Below are positions 30,620-32,000 of a stretch of DNA of 32,000 nt, piece by piece. Below the pieces are notes generated by a model that did no database searches, was not told the origin of the DNA, and saw only the letters and a program-made list of their open reading frames with translations. Each line of letters starts with the position of its first letter. Position 1 is the first letter of the stretch. Where the stretch lies: positions 1,110,001-1,142,000 of the forward strand of contig CP064962.1 of the NCBI GenBank assembly GCA_016699145.1, in the 5' to 3' direction. The stretch comes from Candidatus Saccharimonadota bacterium. Its GTDB lineage: Bacteria; Patescibacteriota; Gracilibacteria; UBA1369; 2-02-FULL-48-14. The translations under genes and the position numbers were made by a program.

Positions 30620-31222
30620 CTAAATCCCCATTTTTTGAAGCCATTTCCCAGTGTAGGACAGATCAGCTTTTTTAGAAACCTGCTCGGGCGTGCCTTTAGC
30701 TACAACCATTCCCCCTCCATTGCCTCCGTCGGGCCCCATGTCGATGAGGTGATCGGCACATTTAATAAGATCGAGGTTGTGTTCAATCACGATCACAGTG
30801 TTCCCGGCTTCCACAAGTTGTTGCAGCACTTCCACGAGGCGACGCACATCGTCAAAATGTAGACCGGTGGTGGGTTCATCCAAAATATAAAGAGTTTTCC
30901 CCGTAGAACGGCGAGACAATTCCGTGGCCAGCTTGATGCGCTGAGCTTCTCCCCCCGAAAGGGTGGTGGCCGATTGCCCCAAATGCACATACCCAAGGCC
31001 CACTTTAGACAACGTTTCTAATTTATTTTTCACAGAAGGAATGGCATCAAAGAATTCCAAAGCTTCATCCAAAGTCATGTCGAGCACATCGGCAATATTC
31101 TTCCCACGATAGGTGATTTCCAAAGCTTCTCGATTGTAACGGCGGCCTTTACACACTTCACAAGGCACATACACATCCGGTAAAAAATGCATCTCAATTT
31201 TTTCACCCCGTCCCCTTCGCAA
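30620..31222 (-). CDS. uvrA: Excinuclease ABC subunit A, C-terminal fragment (downstream of the frame break at 31198-31203)
   Basis: ...[39 protein letters not shown]...[38 protein letters not shown]...[25 protein letters not shown]. This is the UvrA C-terminal zinc finger plus the second ABC signature, Walker B and H-loop. Real coding starts around KKIEMHF; the first ~8 track codons (MRRGRGEK) are out-of-frame read-in. Confidence 0.9.
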   Translation of the reverse strand: MRRGRGEKIEMHFLPDVYVPCEVCKGRRYNREALEITYRGKNIADVLDMTLDEALEFFDAIPSVKNKLETLSKVGLGYVHLGQSATTLSGGEAQRIKLATELSRRSTGKTLYILDEPTTGLHFDDVRRLVEVLQQLVEAGNTVIVIEHNLDLIKCADHLIDMGPDGGNGGGMVVAKGTPEQVSKKADLSYTGKWLQKMGI

Positions 31223-32000
31223 GCTTCACAACGACCTCCTTTCACGTTGAAAGAGAAGCGTCCGGCCTTGTACCCACGCAGACGCGCTTCTTGAGTGTGA
31301 GCAAAAAGTTCACGAATATCTGTGAAGACCCCGGTGTAAGTCGCAGGGTTGGAGCGAGGTGTGCGACCGATGGGCGATTGATCGATATTGATGATTTTAT
31401 CCAAATGTTCAATGCCCCGAATTTCGCGATGAGCCCCGGCAATGGCCTTGCTACGATTGATCACAGAAGTCACCTTTTTAACTAGAATTTCATTCACCAA
31501 AGTGGATTTTCCAGAGCCCGAAACACCCGTCACACAAATGAAGGTTCCAAGAGGCAATTCCACATCCACGTCGCGCAGATTGTGTTCCGTCGCACCTAAA
31601 ATTTCCAGGTTCTTCCCATTCCCTTTGCGTCTGACTTTAGGCATAGGAATTTCTTTTTTACCACTCAAATACTGCCCTGTCACCGAATTGGAATTCGCCA
31701 TGATTTCTTTGGGCGTTCCTGCGGCAACCACTTGTCCTCCGTGCTTGCCAGCTCCGGGGCCAATGTCCAAAATGTAGTCCGCCGAAAGCATGGTGTCCAC
31801 ATCGTGTTCCACGACAATCACGGTATTGCCAATGTCTCGCAAAGTCACAAGGGTTTGAATGAGTTTTTCATTGTCGTTCTGATGCAGACCAATGGACGGC
31901 TCATCCAGTACATAAAGCACACCCACCAAATGAGAACCAATTTGAGTTGCCAAACGGATGCGTTGAGCTTCTCCTCCCGAAAGAGTGTTGGCGGCACGGT
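31075..32000 (-). CDS. uvrA: Excinuclease ABC subunit A, central fragment (open to the right window edge; real coding ends at the frame break near 31203)
   Basis: The frame is continuous to position 32000: ...[42 protein letters not shown]...[11 protein letters not shown]...[20 protein letters not shown]...[19 protein letters not shown]...[20 protein letters not shown]. After KK the frame degenerates ([13 protein letters not shown]...) while the uvrA sequence continues in the other frame. Confidence 0.9.
   Translation of the reverse strand, partial: RAANTLSGGEAQRIRLATQIGSHLVGVLYVLDEPSIGLHQNDNEKLIQTLVTLRDIGNTVIVVEHDVDTMLSADYILDIGPGAGKHGGQVVAAGTPKEIMANSNSVTGQYLSGKKEIPMPKVRRKGNGKNLEILGATEHNLRDVDVELPLGTFICVTGVSGSGKSTLVNEILVKKVTSVINRSKAIAGAHREIRGIEHLDKIINIDQSPIGRTPRSNPATYTGVFTDIRELFAHTQEARLRGYKAGRFSFNVKGGRCEACEGDGVKKLRCIFYRMCMCLVKCVKAAVTIEKLWKSPIVGRILPMCST

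Noticed and set aside
1-32000. Alternative genetic code (UGA or UAG reassignment, as in some uncultured lineages)
   Set aside because: ORFs of 2,351 and 2,678 codons are uninterrupted under the standard code. Conserved proteins end at TGA, TAA or TAG where expected. TGA functions as the stop in repeated ATGA junctions.
1-32000. tRNA, rRNA and CRISPR arrays
   Set aside because: No T-loop (GGTTCGAATCC-like) contexts with an acceptor stem were seen, and no rRNA-like segments. There are no regularly spaced direct repeats. The only GTTCGAA string (3304-3310) lies in the rplJ leader without tRNA structure.

Overview
This window looks like bacterial chromosome read in the standard genetic code, with TGA used as a stop. 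No tRNA, rRNA or CRISPR array was seen.

Left to right:
- the 5' part of thrS (minus strand) with its promoter;
- a ~1.1-kb IS481-like insertion sequence bounded by ~45-nt imperfect inverted repeats, with the transposase frame broken twice;
- a short stretch holding a promoter-to-terminator candidate small RNA and two weak small ORFs;
- a sigma70-type promoter, a ~190-nt structured leader and rplJ-rplL, with no rplKA or rpoBC next to them;
- a 491-codon orphan gene;
- a compact type IV pilus operon: PilN-like, PilO-like, PilB-type ATPase, PilC platform and a pilin.

The dominant feature follows. It is a ~15-kb reading frame, seen as two ORFs of 2351 and 2678 codons that join seamlessly if one A is added to an A5 run. 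It encodes a signal-peptide-bearing mosaic surface protein. Readable parts are Asp-rich Ca-binding repeats, Ig-like repeats, FG-GAP/VCBS repeats, DUF11-like and PKD-like domains, and two separate triplets of SLH wall-anchor domains. Long Cys-rich and Leu-Pro-rich segments match nothing I recognise. This gene is translationally coupled through ATGA overlaps to four secreted helical proteins that each end in a C-terminal Cys motif. These look like tandem paralogues of an unrecognised family.

The right end holds a small minus-strand excisionase-type HTH gene, a possible zinc-ribbon ORF, a ~220-bp very AT-rich spacer, and the 3' part of uvrA (minus strand, frame broken at an A6/T6 run).

All four frame breaks in the window sit at short homopolymers. 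Sequencing or assembly error must therefore be excluded before calling any of them a pseudogene.

The gene content (minimal type IV pilus set, giant surface protein, weak Shine-Dalgarno signals) is compatible with an uncultured episymbiont-like lineage such as CPR/Patescibacteria. That placement is inference only.
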